A DNA stretch of 64,000 nucleotides from Halorussus marinus (GCF_004765795.1 NZ_SBIV01000006.1:186001-250000), one strand, 5' to 3'. Numbered from the stretch's first letter, positions 49,933 to 60,586 are shown. Translations and numbers: made by a program. The notes: a model not told the origin generated them from the sequence alone.

Positions 49933-50074
49933 CTTGATACTTAAACACACCTCTTGGCCACCCAATAAACACTATGGTCTTGCGAATACCTCCTCCCTCG
50001 GAGCCAAGCAGACGGATCGTCCAGTGTTTTCCGGTCACCAAACGTATTTGACGCGAACATGTCTCTACGAAACC

Positions 50075-51829
50075 ATGGGAAGCTACGACCTCGTTGATGT
50101 TGAGGTCACACACGAGTCTGCGGACGATATTCTCGATTCATTGTCTGGAGATGGTGCAGAGGAGGATCATTTACAAACCATCCAAGCCGTTCGTCTCCAA
50201 GCGGGCCAGCCGGACTCCGAACTTCGGTCGCTGAAAGAACTAGACGAAAACTCCGTCAAGCTACTCGAACATCAGGTGGACGCCGCCTATCGGGCCCTCT
50301 TCGAGATGGACGGGAAAGCCCTTCTCGCGGACGAAGTCGGCCTCGGAAAGACCATCGAGGTCGGGATGATTCTCAAGGAGATGCACTTCCGAGAGACGGA
50401 CGAGTCCGTCCTCATCCTCACTCCTGCACAACTGGCGAAACAGTGGCAGGCCGAACTCCGTGAGAAGTTCGGGCTCAACTTCGTCTGCAACTACGACGAC
50501 GAGTTCGAAGACTTCGACGCCCACGACTACATCATCGCAAGTATCGACACTGCGAAGAGCGAGCGACACCGTCAGACCGTCCTCAACCGCGACTGGGACG
50601 TTCTGGTCCTCGACGAAGCCCACTACGTCAAAAACGAGGAGACGGACCGCTACGACCTGATTGACCGGCTCTCCTACAACTACGCGTTCTTTCTCACGGC
50701 GACGCCGATTCAGAACGAGCTGACCGACCTATACAACGTCGTCTCGCTACTCCGACCCGGACTGTTCGGCACACGCGACGTCTTCCACCAGTACTTCGTC
50801 AACAGCAATCAGGAGACGCTGGTGAATCGAGACGAACTACAGGACCGCCTAAACAAGGTTATGATCCGAAACCGACGGGAGGACACGGATATTGACTTCA
50901 CGGACCGGACGATCGACACACGGACGTTCAATCCAACCCCGAAGGAACGCGAACTCTATCAGGCGGTTTCTGACTATGTGAAAGGTGCCTATAGCCAAGA
51001 CCAGGGGCAGAAGCTCGTACTGATGCTCTTGCAGAAGGAGGTCGTCAGCAGCCCGGTCGCACTCAAGAAGACCATCGAGAAGCGACTCTACGACCAGTCG
51101 GAGCTCACGCACGCGGACGAACTGGAGTCCATTTTAGATCTGATCGATGAGATCGATACGGTCACCAAACAGGAACGACTTCTGGACATTGTCGAAGAAG
51201 CCCGTGACAACGTCGAGATGGGGCGAGTCATCGTCTTCACGCAGTTCCGAGCAACTCAACAGGATATTCTCGATAGGCTCGCTGCGGAGGGGTACACGGT
51301 ACACGCGTTCCACGGTGGCCACTCCAGTAGCGAGAAGGAACTGATTATTGAGGACTTCGAGGAGGAGGGTGGGGTCCTCGTTTCAACTGACTCAATGAGC
51401 GAAGGCCGAAACTTACAGTTTTGTAACATGTTAGTTAATTTAGACTTGCCGTGGAATCCGATGCGCGTCGAACAACGTATTGGACGTGTACACCGGATTG
51501 GACAGAAACGGGATGTCTTCATCTTCAACATGGCGCTAAAGGATACTGTTGAAGAATACGTACTGGAGCGTCTCTACCACAAAATCGATTTGTTCCAACA
51601 AAGTGTGGGCGAGCTAAGTTCCATCTTGAGTCGGTTAGAAGAGTCAGGGACAAGCTTCGAGGACCAGATTTTCGACCGACTCGTCAATGCTGATTCAGAG
51701 GTTGATCTGGAGAACGACTTCGAAGCGATGGCCGTCGATCTGCAAGAACAGCGCGAGCTCGCTGACAAACTGGAGCAGTTCAACAACGGCGTCTTCGAAG
51801 GATTCGACTTGGGGGAAGGCGATGACTGA
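50075..51829 (+). CDS. SNF2-family helicase/ATPase (YqhH/HepA-like)
   Basis: LADEVGLGKT, DEAH, TATPIQN, EGRNLQ, PWNP, QRIGRVHRIGQ. Confidence 0.92.
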   Translation: MGSYDLVDVEVTHESADDILDSLSGDGAEEDHLQTIQAVRLQAGQPDSELRSLKELDENSVKLLEHQVDAAYRALFEMDGKALLADEVGLGKTIEVGMILKEMHFRETDESVLILTPAQLAKQWQAELREKFGLNFVCNYDDEFEDFDAHDYIIASIDTAKSERHRQTVLNRDWDVLVLDEAHYVKNEETDRYDLIDRLSYNYAFFLTATPIQNELTDLYNVVSLLRPGLFGTRDVFHQYFVNSNQETLVNRDELQDRLNKVMIRNRREDTDIDFTDRTIDTRTFNPTPKERELYQAVSDYVKGAYSQDQGQKLVLMLLQKEVVSSPVALKKTIEKRLYDQSELTHADELESILDLIDEIDTVTKQERLLDIVEEARDNVEMGRVIVFTQFRATQQDILDRLAAEGYTVHAFHGGHSSSEKELIIEDFEEEGGVLVSTDSMSEGRNLQFCNMLVNLDLPWNPMRVEQRIGRVHRIGQKRDVFIFNMALKDTVEEYVLERLYHKIDLFQQSVGELSSILSRLEESGTSFEDQIFDRLVNADSEVDLENDFEAMAVDLQEQRELADKLEQFNNGVFEGFDLGEGDD

Positions 51830-52988
51830 CGAAGCACTCGCGGTCACGCAGTCCCTCGTGGAGGACTTCGCCGAACGCTACTTAGAGTCACTCGGCGGGA
51901 CCATCGAGAAACGAGGGGATACCTGGGAAGTTACGATCCCAGACAATAACGATACAGAATTGCCGGCAGGCAGCCTATCGTTGCTTTCTGATGCGGGCAG
52001 AGACAAAGATAGTGCTGGAGAGCCTCTTCATCCAGAAAGTGAGTTTTTCCAGCGGATCCTCAGAGAGGCAGCTGAGCGTCGTCCTACCGGGAAAATACCA
52101 ATAGAAGCCGATCGGGACGACGTAGCGATTCCACAGTGGATTAAAGAAGGCGACGTCGAAGTAAGTGAAATACAGTTCACGCCGTACTACGACCGTACCG
52201 CGATTGTGGTCCTTTTCGAGGTGAGTATCGAGACAGTCAGTGAATACCAACAAGAACTCCTTCGCGCCATCGCTATCGATCACCGCTCGGAACAGAGACT
52301 TCCGGCGTTAGAGGAGACGTTTCTTCAAATGACGTCGATACCTACGAACAGTTCTCCCACTACCACGGAACTCTCATTATCGAGATCAGACGCACGATCG
52401 CTTCTCGGCACAGCCCAAGATCAGCTGATGCAGAGCATCCAGAACGAAATTGATGAGGTTCATAATGAGGCATCCAGAGCAGCGGACGCAGAGGTCGAAG
52501 AGTACCGGCAGCTGCAACAACAACGGATCCAAGAGTTGGAGGAGGAACGTTCCAAGCTGTCCTCGAAGATTGATGAGCTGAGTGAAGCGATCAATAGCAG
52601 TGATCAGAACGATCGCGTGGAGGCACTGAAGAAACGGAAAGAGGCAAAAGCTGAGTATGAAGAGGTTGATTCCGAATTGAGAACTCTGCACGAACGGCGA
52701 GACCAGGGGTTTCCCCAAAAGCAGGAAGAAATCCGAAAGCGGCATGCGTTGGATATTCGAGTGACTCCTCTCACGGTAACACAGGTAGAGTACGAACGGG
52801 GAGAACTCGATATCGAACTGGTCGAACAAGGAGTTTCCCGAACGGTGACTCTCGGATACGGGAGCGGGATCGGAACTACGGACACCGTCCAGTGTTCTTC
52901 ATGTGATAGTGTGTTGAGCGTAGATAACCCTCTGAAGACGGTCAAAGGCTCTCTTCAATGCAGAGCCTGCAGTTCTTCCAACGAATAG
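51822..52988 (+). CDS. Coiled-coil plus C-terminal Zn-ribbon partner of SNF2 (YqhG-like)
   Basis: Start overlaps the SNF2 stop; long coiled coil; CSSC...CRAC. Confidence 0.75.
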   Translation: MTDEALAVTQSLVEDFAERYLESLGGTIEKRGDTWEVTIPDNNDTELPAGSLSLLSDAGRDKDSAGEPLHPESEFFQRILREAAERRPTGKIPIEADRDDVAIPQWIKEGDVEVSEIQFTPYYDRTAIVVLFEVSIETVSEYQQELLRAIAIDHRSEQRLPALEETFLQMTSIPTNSSPTTTELSLSRSDARSLLGTAQDQLMQSIQNEIDEVHNEASRAADAEVEEYRQLQQQRIQELEEERSKLSSKIDELSEAINSSDQNDRVEALKKRKEAKAEYEEVDSELRTLHERRDQGFPQKQEEIRKRHALDIRVTPLTVTQVEYERGELDIELVEQGVSRTVTLGYGSGIGTTDTVQCSSCDSVLSVDNPLKTVKGSLQCRACSSSNE

Positions 52989-53294
52989 AGTACGACACGA
53001 ATTGCAACTCAGACATCGGGAACCGGGTTTTCGAGGCCGACCCCACGGACTGGGCATTCAGAATTCGGAAAGACGTTCCACCCTGGGTAATGAAACTCAT
53101 TTTGATCGTCGCCATCCTGATTGCCGGTCTTCAGTACTTCAACATCCTCTAATCACCATTATGCGGCCGTTTTGACGGTGATGAATTCGGTGGCTTCTCA
53201 TCTGTTCCTCCAGGGAAGGTGTCTAACAAAGAGAGTTTCAACAGAGCCCTTGAATCGCAAAAGTTCACAAGTATCAATCTCCAAGAACCAACAG

Positions 53295-55835
53295 ATGAAG
53301 GATCGACCCGGAATTGAAGACACCATCGAATGGTTGCGGGGTCGAGGTTATTACGAGGGACAGATCGCTCATCAGCAGATCGTAAAGGGCCAATCTGCGC
53401 AGACTGACGATCTCGCTGTTTCTGCCCCGCTCTCGTCTGCACTACAACAGGAAGAGATCACAAGCCTGTATTCACATCAGGTGGACGCTATTCAGGCGGT
53501 TCAGTCCGGGTCGAACGTTGTGGTGGCCACACCGACAGCATCTGGCAAAACCCTCACGTACGTCGTACCCGGTATTGAGAGAGCGATCGAAAACGCCGGG
53601 AAAACACTCTATATCGCACCGTATCGTGCGCTCATCAACGATCAGGCAGACACATTTGAGGTGTTTGATGATGAGTTGGGGTTCGATACTTCGATTGATA
53701 TCGGCGTTCAAACAGGGGAAACATCCAAACCAGATCGAAAGGAAATCAGACAGACACAGCCCGATATTCTTCTCACAACGATCGACCAACTCCATCTTAG
53801 TCTCCTCCCGTACGCTCATGGGAAGAATCACTGGCGGTGGTTGTTCCAGCAATTGGATACCGTAGTTATCGATGAGGTCCACATGTACCGTGGAGTCTTT
53901 GGAAGCCATGCATCGCTGATCTTCCGACGGCTCAACCGGTTGTGTGACTACTACGATTCGTCGCCACAGTACATCTGTTGTTCAGCGACGATCGGAAACC
54001 CTGTTGAGCATGCGTCAACCGTTACGGGACAGAAGGAACCTACGTTCGAACTTGTGGATGATGACGGTAGTGCGTCGGGAGATCGACACTGGCTATTCTG
54101 GAACCCGCCACTCAAGCAGGACGCTGACCAGGATCAGTCGATTCCGGATCCAGCTGTCAGCCCGGACGGCACTGTCCGTGCTGGCCATGACGAACATCCG
54201 CCCGAGAAGAATGCAGCGGCTATCGATACCGAATCGAGTTCGACGACTGATACACAATCTGAAACAAGTGAGTCCTCGGATTCCCCTGACGAGGTTGCGC
54301 TCCCCTCTCATCAGGAAGTAGTCGGCGGAGAACGACGCTCACACCACGTTGAATCGGTGCGTTTGTTCTGTGATCTCGTAACCAGAGGATATCAGACGCT
54401 GGTCTTCACTGCTGCCAGACAGGGAACAGAGCAGTATGTGGATTGGGCGGACAGAATGCTGCGTAACCGGGGACAAGATGATCTCGCAGACAGCACCCAC
54501 GCGTATCATGCCGCGCTGAATACCGGTCGTCGCCTCAAACTTGAAGAGGAACTTCGCAGCGGGGATGCTCGTGGTGTCTGGAGTACGAACGCGCTTGAAC
54601 TTGGAATCGATATCGGGACACTCGATGTTGTTTTGCTTGATGGGTATCCCGGAACGTCAATGAGTACGTTCCAACGGGCAGGCCGAGCTGGGCGTGGCGA
54701 AGACACCTGTCTCGTTGTTCTTGTCGGAGCTGATGATCCACTTGACCAGTATACGATCCGGGATCCAGACGAACTGTTTGAGGGAGGTGCTGAACAGGCT
54801 GCCGTCAACCCTTCAAATAACTCAATTCGTCCGGACCACGTCGTCTGTGCAGCAAGTGATCACTTCTTATCGCCTCGTGATGAGGACTATTTCGGTGCCG
54901 ACCTACCGGATATCGTCACAGAAGCAGAAGTGAATGATCGTCTTCGCCGTGTAGAGAGTGGCGACCGGATTCAGTGGCGCGCCACGGACTCTGACGTGCA
55001 ATGGAATACAAATATTCGAGCGATCGATGACCGCGAGATCGATCTTATCGATCGAAACCGGGACGAGAAGCTCGCATCGCTTGAATTCGGTGCTGCAGTA
55101 CGGGATGCACATCCGGATGCAATCTATCGCCACCAGAAACAAACATACCAAGTAGTCGAATTAGACCTCGAATCGGACCGAGCACTGCTGGAATCGACAC
55201 CGACAGCAGCGTACACACGAGCACTCCGAGAAAAGTCCATTACTATCGAAGACACGTATGAGAGTTCGTCCGCTGAAACGCATGAGATGACCGTACAAGC
55301 TACACTAGGAGAATTTACAGTGGAGGATACGGTTACAGGGTACTTGCGGTACAGCGACCCCAGCGATGACACCCCTCAGGAGTGTGAGTTTGAGGAGCCG
55401 CTGGAGTCACAATCGATCAAGACAACAGGCCTGTTCATCACCGTCCCAGATGATGTTGAAGCTATGATTGTTGATCAGGCGGAGTCACAAGAGGAATATC
55501 TGAGTGCTCTCCACGCTATCGAACATGCATTGATATCGCTGTTCCCTATGGAGGTTTTGTGCGACCGAGGCGACATTGGTGGTCTTTCGACGCCAAGCCA
55601 TGGCCAGACGTCTGGCGGGACGGTTTTCATTCACGATGGTCATCCTGGAGGTGCTGGACTTACACGTCAGGCTTTCGAGCAACTCGATGATCTTCTTGTG
55701 AAGACGCTCACGTTGCTTCAGGACTGTGGCTGTCAAGATGGGTGCCCGTCCTGTATTCACTCGCCCCACTGTGGGAATGCGAACCGAAGCCTCAACAAGC
55801 AGTTAGCAATACAGCTATTGGAAGAGCTACAATAG
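53295..55835 (+). CDS. DEAD/DEAH helicase with DUF1998 Zn-binding domain (MrfA/Hrq1-like)
   Basis: TASGKT, DEVH, SAT, ALELGIDIG, QRAGRAGR, HAIEHA, CGCQDGCPSC. Confidence 0.92.
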   Translation: MKDRPGIEDTIEWLRGRGYYEGQIAHQQIVKGQSAQTDDLAVSAPLSSALQQEEITSLYSHQVDAIQAVQSGSNVVVATPTASGKTLTYVVPGIERAIENAGKTLYIAPYRALINDQADTFEVFDDELGFDTSIDIGVQTGETSKPDRKEIRQTQPDILLTTIDQLHLSLLPYAHGKNHWRWLFQQLDTVVIDEVHMYRGVFGSHASLIFRRLNRLCDYYDSSPQYICCSATIGNPVEHASTVTGQKEPTFELVDDDGSASGDRHWLFWNPPLKQDADQDQSIPDPAVSPDGTVRAGHDEHPPEKNAAAIDTESSSTTDTQSETSESSDSPDEVALPSHQEVVGGERRSHHVESVRLFCDLVTRGYQTLVFTAARQGTEQYVDWADRMLRNRGQDDLADSTHAYHAALNTGRRLKLEEELRSGDARGVWSTNALELGIDIGTLDVVLLDGYPGTSMSTFQRAGRAGRGEDTCLVVLVGADDPLDQYTIRDPDELFEGGAEQAAVNPSNNSIRPDHVVCAASDHFLSPRDEDYFGADLPDIVTEAEVNDRLRRVESGDRIQWRATDSDVQWNTNIRAIDDREIDLIDRNRDEKLASLEFGAAVRDAHPDAIYRHQKQTYQVVELDLESDRALLESTPTAAYTRALREKSITIEDTYESSSAETHEMTVQATLGEFTVEDTVTGYLRYSDPSDDTPQECEFEEPLESQSIKTTGLFITVPDDVEAMIVDQAESQEEYLSALHAIEHALISLFPMEVLCDRGDIGGLSTPSHGQTSGGTVFIHDGHPGGAGLTRQAFEQLDDLLVKTLTLLQDCGCQDGCPSCIHSPHCGNANRSLNKQLAIQLLEELQ

Positions 55836-55982
55836 AAATTCGATTCTGGTCTGCTTGTATCGCAGATCTGTCTGATGATGTCTCTGGTTTTCAGTCAGCT
55901 AGCCATTCGTATTGCCAACAACATTCAAATAGCCAAAATTGGGAATTAAATAGAGATGGATGGCAACTATTGGCTTAGTAAG

Positions 55983-56795
55983 TTAGTTGGTGTTTGGACT
56001 GGATTCGGTGGTTGTATCCGTATTTCTATTCGTCTCCATGCGACTGTCTTCTTTCTCAGCAGCATCTGCGTTTGCTTGAATCACGCCTTGATTCCATAGA
56101 ACAGCTAACGCCCCACCAAGGTACGTCGTGTTGAGAAACACGAGGGATCCAGCAATCACAGCTAATTCCGATCCCAGCAACTCTGGAAGGGGCAAGACAA
56201 TGTTCAGAGAGACATTGAAGGCACTGGTGATGAGACCAGCTGACATCGGTGAAAGAAGTGCGATGACATAGAATGGACCACGTGGCGAATGTAGTAATAA
56301 CTTGAAACTTCGATATGGGAAGTGAAACAGTTCATAGGCACCGTACAGCAACAGAAGTGCTACAACTAGCCCAATTACCATCTCGATCAGACCATTCGGT
56401 TCTGGGAAGGCATCATAAGCACCAGTTAGGAACATGATATTAACTGAAGACACAGCCCAGAACGCGTATGGGCCAAATGAGAGGTTGTCTTCAGTTCCGT
56501 TAAGGAAGGCGTCTGTCTTCTCAGTAGAATATGGGCTGAGCCAGGTAAACGGCCATCCTAAAAGTGCAACTGCCAGTGGGATGGTAACTGGGGGAAACAC
56601 CATCAGGATCGGTCGAACGATACCGTAGATAAGGTTCCACACAAAGGAGAAGACTGAGAAAATAGCCCAGATAACACCGATAATTCCGACTATAACAGCG
56701 AATATAAGTACGAAGCCAGAGCCGCCACTACCTCCGCCACCACCGCGACCACCGGTCACCCATCGAAACGCTGCGTATTTGCCAAGAAATCCCAT
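55983..56795 (-). CDS. Multi-pass membrane protein with Gly-rich N-terminus
   Basis: About 6 hydrophobic helices; low GC. Confidence 0.7.
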   Translation of the reverse strand: MGFLGKYAAFRWVTGGRGGGGGSGGSGFVLIFAVIVGIIGVIWAIFSVFSFVWNLIYGIVRPILMVFPPVTIPLAVALLGWPFTWLSPYSTEKTDAFLNGTEDNLSFGPYAFWAVSSVNIMFLTGAYDAFPEPNGLIEMVIGLVVALLLLYGAYELFHFPYRSFKLLLHSPRGPFYVIALLSPMSAGLITSAFNVSLNIVLPLPELLGSELAVIAGSLVFLNTTYLGGALAVLWNQGVIQANADAAEKEDSRMETNRNTDTTTESSPNTN

Positions 56796-56843
56796 GTGTC
56801 TATTGTGTTTTTAAATTAGTTTGAAAACACTACGTGAGCTGGA

Positions 56844-58535
56844 TTAGTCTTGTAACCGGTTTTTGAGTGAGTAGAGGCCTCCAGCAGCACTTGTCACAGC
56901 CACACCGACTCCAACGCCGGGTAACGTAATTCGTAGATCAGTGATGGTTTGTTGGTCAGCTTGTTTTCCCACAGTAAGTGTTGTCTCTGTTGTAGCTGTC
57001 CGTCCGTTATTATCGACTACACTGAGATTGACGCTGTGTTGACCTGGTTCTTCAAACCGGTGTGTTACCGTTTTACCCGCCGAAGTTTCGCCATTTGGGA
57101 ACTCCCACGTGTACGCGAGGATTTGTCCACGACTGACTTCTGTAGAACTCGCATCAAACTCAATTGGCTCTCCAACCTCAGGTTGCTCAGTCGTATATCC
57201 AATTGTTGGTTCAATGCCAAGATCTTGGTTGAAGCTACTCACGTCCTCTCCATTGAGACTCCGCTGATGAAACTCCACGATATCCTCTACTGCTGGGCGA
57301 GGACTATGGGCAACCCCTTCGTATATTTTGAACTGTGCGTCAACACCGGCTTGCTCGTATGCAGACTGACAGTATGGGAATCGCTCCGCAACCATCTTTT
57401 CTCCATAGACCTCAAGAGCGATTTCCCGCATCTCTTCACTCCATGCATCATCGTACGGGATCGTATCGTTTGAATCCTCACCGCCCATAAAGAGGAACTG
57501 ATTGACTTCACTGAGCGCATCTAAGTCAACCGGCTCTCCAGTAAGTTCCTCAACGTCTGCGATTCCGATATGGAAATTCAGCGTATGGCCCTTTGCTTCC
57601 TCAAGCGGAAGCATCGCCATCCCGTTCAATCCGCCAGCAGTGACAGATCGAACACGATCTGGATGAAGAACAGCAAAGCGATCAACAAAGTTTCCTGCAG
57701 CAGAAAATCCGTTCAGTAGAATCTGATCGTCAACGGTGTAGGACTGATCGGATAGCATCTCCTGTGCGTGATCCACCATCCGTAAGAGTTGAAGATCAAC
57801 TCGTTCGAGAGGGCCATCCGAAATTTGCATCGTCTGGCGATCTAACGCATGGACGTAGTGTCGCCAGTCCACCGGATCTGTTTGCGGTCGGGGGAACACA
57901 GGAATAAGTAACGGCACAGATAGCCGTTCACTGACCGTTCGTGAGATTCCGTTTTCAATCCGGTTTCGTGCAGACTGCTTATGGGTATCGAAGTTGTCAG
58001 TTGTTTGACCGCTGTTATTGGGTTGAACGAGGATTGAACCGGGACTGCTATCGGTTGGTCGTGATGGTGCGTAGAGGAAGTATGGATAATTGAAACCCGC
58101 AGCAGGGTCTGCTTCAACAAGCGTGGGGCCGATCCCAGAAGCGAACTCTCCCGGATCTCCAACAGTGATTCTCGCGGTATCACGCGCAATATTTGAGCCG
58201 CTTGAGTCATAGAGATTCGCCGAAAGCGTTTCTGCTTCTGTGAGTTCCGTTGAGAGGTCTACTTCATATTCTTCAACGGCAGTTCCTGCGTCAAATGTAA
58301 CCTGGCCGCCAATTCCATTCGAGTCTTGATCACGGATTATAAAACGTGCCTCGACCTCGGTTTCGATTTTCCCGACTGTGACTGAACTACCGTCTGATAT
58401 CTGGTCATTGAATGTTATGGAAGCCTCCGGGTCCTCTTGCCCAGCAGATGTGCCAGCGGTACCGAGCATTGCCATCCCTACGATTCCTGTGCCAGTACGA
58501 CGTAGTAGTCCACGTCGGCTCCAAAACGTGTTCAT
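56844..58535 (-). CDS. Tat-exported alpha/beta hydrolase with PKD domain and C-terminal membrane anchor
   Basis: SRRGLL signal, GFSAAG nucleophile elbow, GGEDSND, GVAH, PKD (FDAS...YTWEF...H.F..PG), LPGVGVG tail. Confidence 0.8.
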   Translation of the reverse strand: MNTFWSRRGLLRRTGTGIVGMAMLGTAGTSAGQEDPEASITFNDQISDGSSVTVGKIETEVEARFIIRDQDSNGIGGQVTFDAGTAVEEYEVDLSTELTEAETLSANLYDSSGSNIARDTARITVGDPGEFASGIGPTLVEADPAAGFNYPYFLYAPSRPTDSSPGSILVQPNNSGQTTDNFDTHKQSARNRIENGISRTVSERLSVPLLIPVFPRPQTDPVDWRHYVHALDRQTMQISDGPLERVDLQLLRMVDHAQEMLSDQSYTVDDQILLNGFSAAGNFVDRFAVLHPDRVRSVTAGGLNGMAMLPLEEAKGHTLNFHIGIADVEELTGEPVDLDALSEVNQFLFMGGEDSNDTIPYDDAWSEEMREIALEVYGEKMVAERFPYCQSAYEQAGVDAQFKIYEGVAHSPRPAVEDIVEFHQRSLNGEDVSSFNQDLGIEPTIGYTTEQPEVGEPIEFDASSTEVSRGQILAYTWEFPNGETSAGKTVTHRFEEPGQHSVNLSVVDNNGRTATTETTLTVGKQADQQTITDLRITLPGVGVGVAVTSAAGGLYSLKNRLQD

Positions 58536-58715
58536 CTTAGCACTCACTCCCCTTCGAGCAGTAACGTAGGGTCCAAACTTCGTCCATTTCGTATGGCGAT
58601 TGTGATATCTACAGTGTAAATGCATTCACTGGGAAAGTGACCATGTTCTGGATGTTCTCTCAGGTACTGGAAGAGAATAATCAGCCCTAAAAAGGCCAAT
58701 TTGGTTTAGTACGGT

Positions 58716-59489
58716 ATGACAGGTACGGAGGGAGAACAGTTGCGTGATGTATTTTCGAAGAGATACTGGCTCGTTGAAGCACTTTCTGGGGAGCCCAAAA
58801 CGAAACCCGAGCTAGTGGAGGAACTGGAGTATTCCAGATCAACGATCAACCGGGCAATGGATGAGCTTCTCGATGTCAGGTGTGTCGAACCAACTCAACC
58901 AGCAGGACAGCAGTTCCAATTAACAGTGGCAGGACAGGCAGCTCTTCAATTTCACCGAGATTACCGGACGGACACTAAGCAGGTTCAAAGCAATACTGCA
59001 TTGTTAAACACCCTGCCCTTAGATTCGCTCGATAAAGCGTTCCTCGCTGATGCAGACGTCTATTCATCAGTCCGTACGCCAGATATAGCTCATCAGCCTG
59101 GCACAGAATTACTGGAAGAGGCAAGCAGCATGATTGGAACTGCACCCGTTGTCCAACGCGAATATTTCGACTACCTTCTGGAACGTCTACGAGATGATGA
59201 CTTCGAATTGGAGCTAATTCTCGAAAGTGACCTTCTGGAAGCGATAGAGCAGAATTATGAAAACGAATTCGAATCCCTCATAGAATCAGACACAATCCAG
59301 ATATATGTTATAGATGAGCCGTTTCCCTATGCGCTCTGGCTGATTGAACACGGGACATGTGAATACGCAGGGATCACACTGTACGAAAATGGGGGAGTGA
59401 ACGGTACAATTGTCAACGACACGGCTTCTGCGATTACGTGGGCGAAGGCCCAGTACTCTGAGTACCGCGAATCAGCCTCGGAACTATAA
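58716..59489 (+). CDS. HTH transcriptional regulator, divergent from the hydrolase gene
   Basis: KPELVEELEYSRSTINRAMDEL; C-terminal WA..QY..YR. Confidence 0.85.
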   Translation: MTGTEGEQLRDVFSKRYWLVEALSGEPKTKPELVEELEYSRSTINRAMDELLDVRCVEPTQPAGQQFQLTVAGQAALQFHRDYRTDTKQVQSNTALLNTLPLDSLDKAFLADADVYSSVRTPDIAHQPGTELLEEASSMIGTAPVVQREYFDYLLERLRDDDFELELILESDLLEAIEQNYENEFESLIESDTIQIYVIDEPFPYALWLIEHGTCEYAGITLYENGGVNGTIVNDTASAITWAKAQYSEYRESASEL

Positions 59490-59898
59490 CGGTCTATCTG
59501 ACGGCAGCGGTACTCATTCTCAAATTCCCCGGAATCTTTCTATGACACCTTCTTCCTGCTTACCCTTCCAATCATGAAGGATATATTATACTCGGGGCTC
59601 GCGCGCTGAAACGCTGTTTTATGTTGGGTTATCGTCTGGGAAACGCGCACTGTAACGGGGGGTGTCCGGAACTTTTTCGCGGGCATGAGGGTGAGCCTGG
59701 TACTCTATCCTTGAGGTATCCATTGGGTGTCCCGTTTTTCTGATGTCGCGCCAGATGTCCAGACCGTGAATCGCGGGCACGCGCCGGCAACCCCAGCGAG
59801 GTGAAGCTCCCGGTACAGACTGTTAGCGACACGAGAAGCCGAGTGGTTGAATACTGACGACGCACGCTTTCTTGTCACCGAGAGACGTACGGTTCTAC

Positions 59899-60087
59899 AT
59901 GGACGACGACAGGCGCGAACCGACCGACGAGGACCTCCGACGACGACACGCCGCCAGTCTCGCCCAGCTCAAACGGATGTTAGACCACGCAGAGGGTGAG
60001 TGTCACGCGGAGGGCGAGTGTCACGCTGACCCGATAGATGAGGAAGCCCTTGACGCCGAACTCGATGAACTGGAAGAGGAGCAGTAA
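59899..60087 (+). CDS. Small acidic protein with HAEGEC tandem repeat
   Basis: 62-aa ORF with an 18-bp internal duplication. Confidence 0.5.
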   Translation: MDDDRREPTDEDLRRRHAASLAQLKRMLDHAEGECHAEGECHADPIDEEALDAELDELEEEQ

Positions 60088-60188
60088 CACCCAGTAACGA
60101 TACTATCGATCCTGTCAACGCCAGCGGACAGGAACAGTGTCACCCCAGTAACCTTGATCACCCACTGTTGCCTCTCACAGCGGTCAAG

Positions 60189-60586
60189 AAGTGTGATTGC
60201 TCACAGTGGCCGCGCAGTGTTACCGTACGGTGTTATCGCCCAGAGCCAACACGATAAGTGACCACGAACACAGGGAACCACTGTCCACACGACCATACTA
60301 CCCGGTAACGCAAAGCAGCAACCCTGTACCCCCAACCACTGCGGTCAGGATCTGTGTTCTCCCCAGCCACCCACGGTGAGCAACCACGGTGACCGGAAAG
60401 TGTTATTGCCCACAGTGGCCGCGCAGTGTTACCGCGCAATGTTATCGCCCCGAGTTAACACGATGAATGAGCGCGAACACAGGACACTAACAGAACGAAT
60501 CACGGACTGCCAGCACGACCATACCGCCATTAACGCAGAGTAGCAGCCCTGCACCCCATGCCCGCGGTCAGGTTCAGTGTTACCCA
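60189..60586. repeat. Two imperfect ~175-190 bp direct repeats near the att site
   Basis: Shared blocks CACAGTGGCCGCGCAGTGTTACCG, TGTTATCGCCC, CGAACACAGG, CACGACCATAC, GCGGTCAGG in units starting at about 60189 and 60398. Confidence 0.85.

Noticed and set aside
42923..55835. Canonical BREX or DISARM call
   Set aside because: No PglZ, BrxL or PLD nuclease; the DUF1998 helicase is of the fused MrfA/Hrq1 type rather than a DrmA/DrmB pair
60122..60586. Possible CRISPR array
   Set aside because: The period is about 220 bp, the intervening sequences are homologous to each other, the repeats are degenerate, and there are no cas genes
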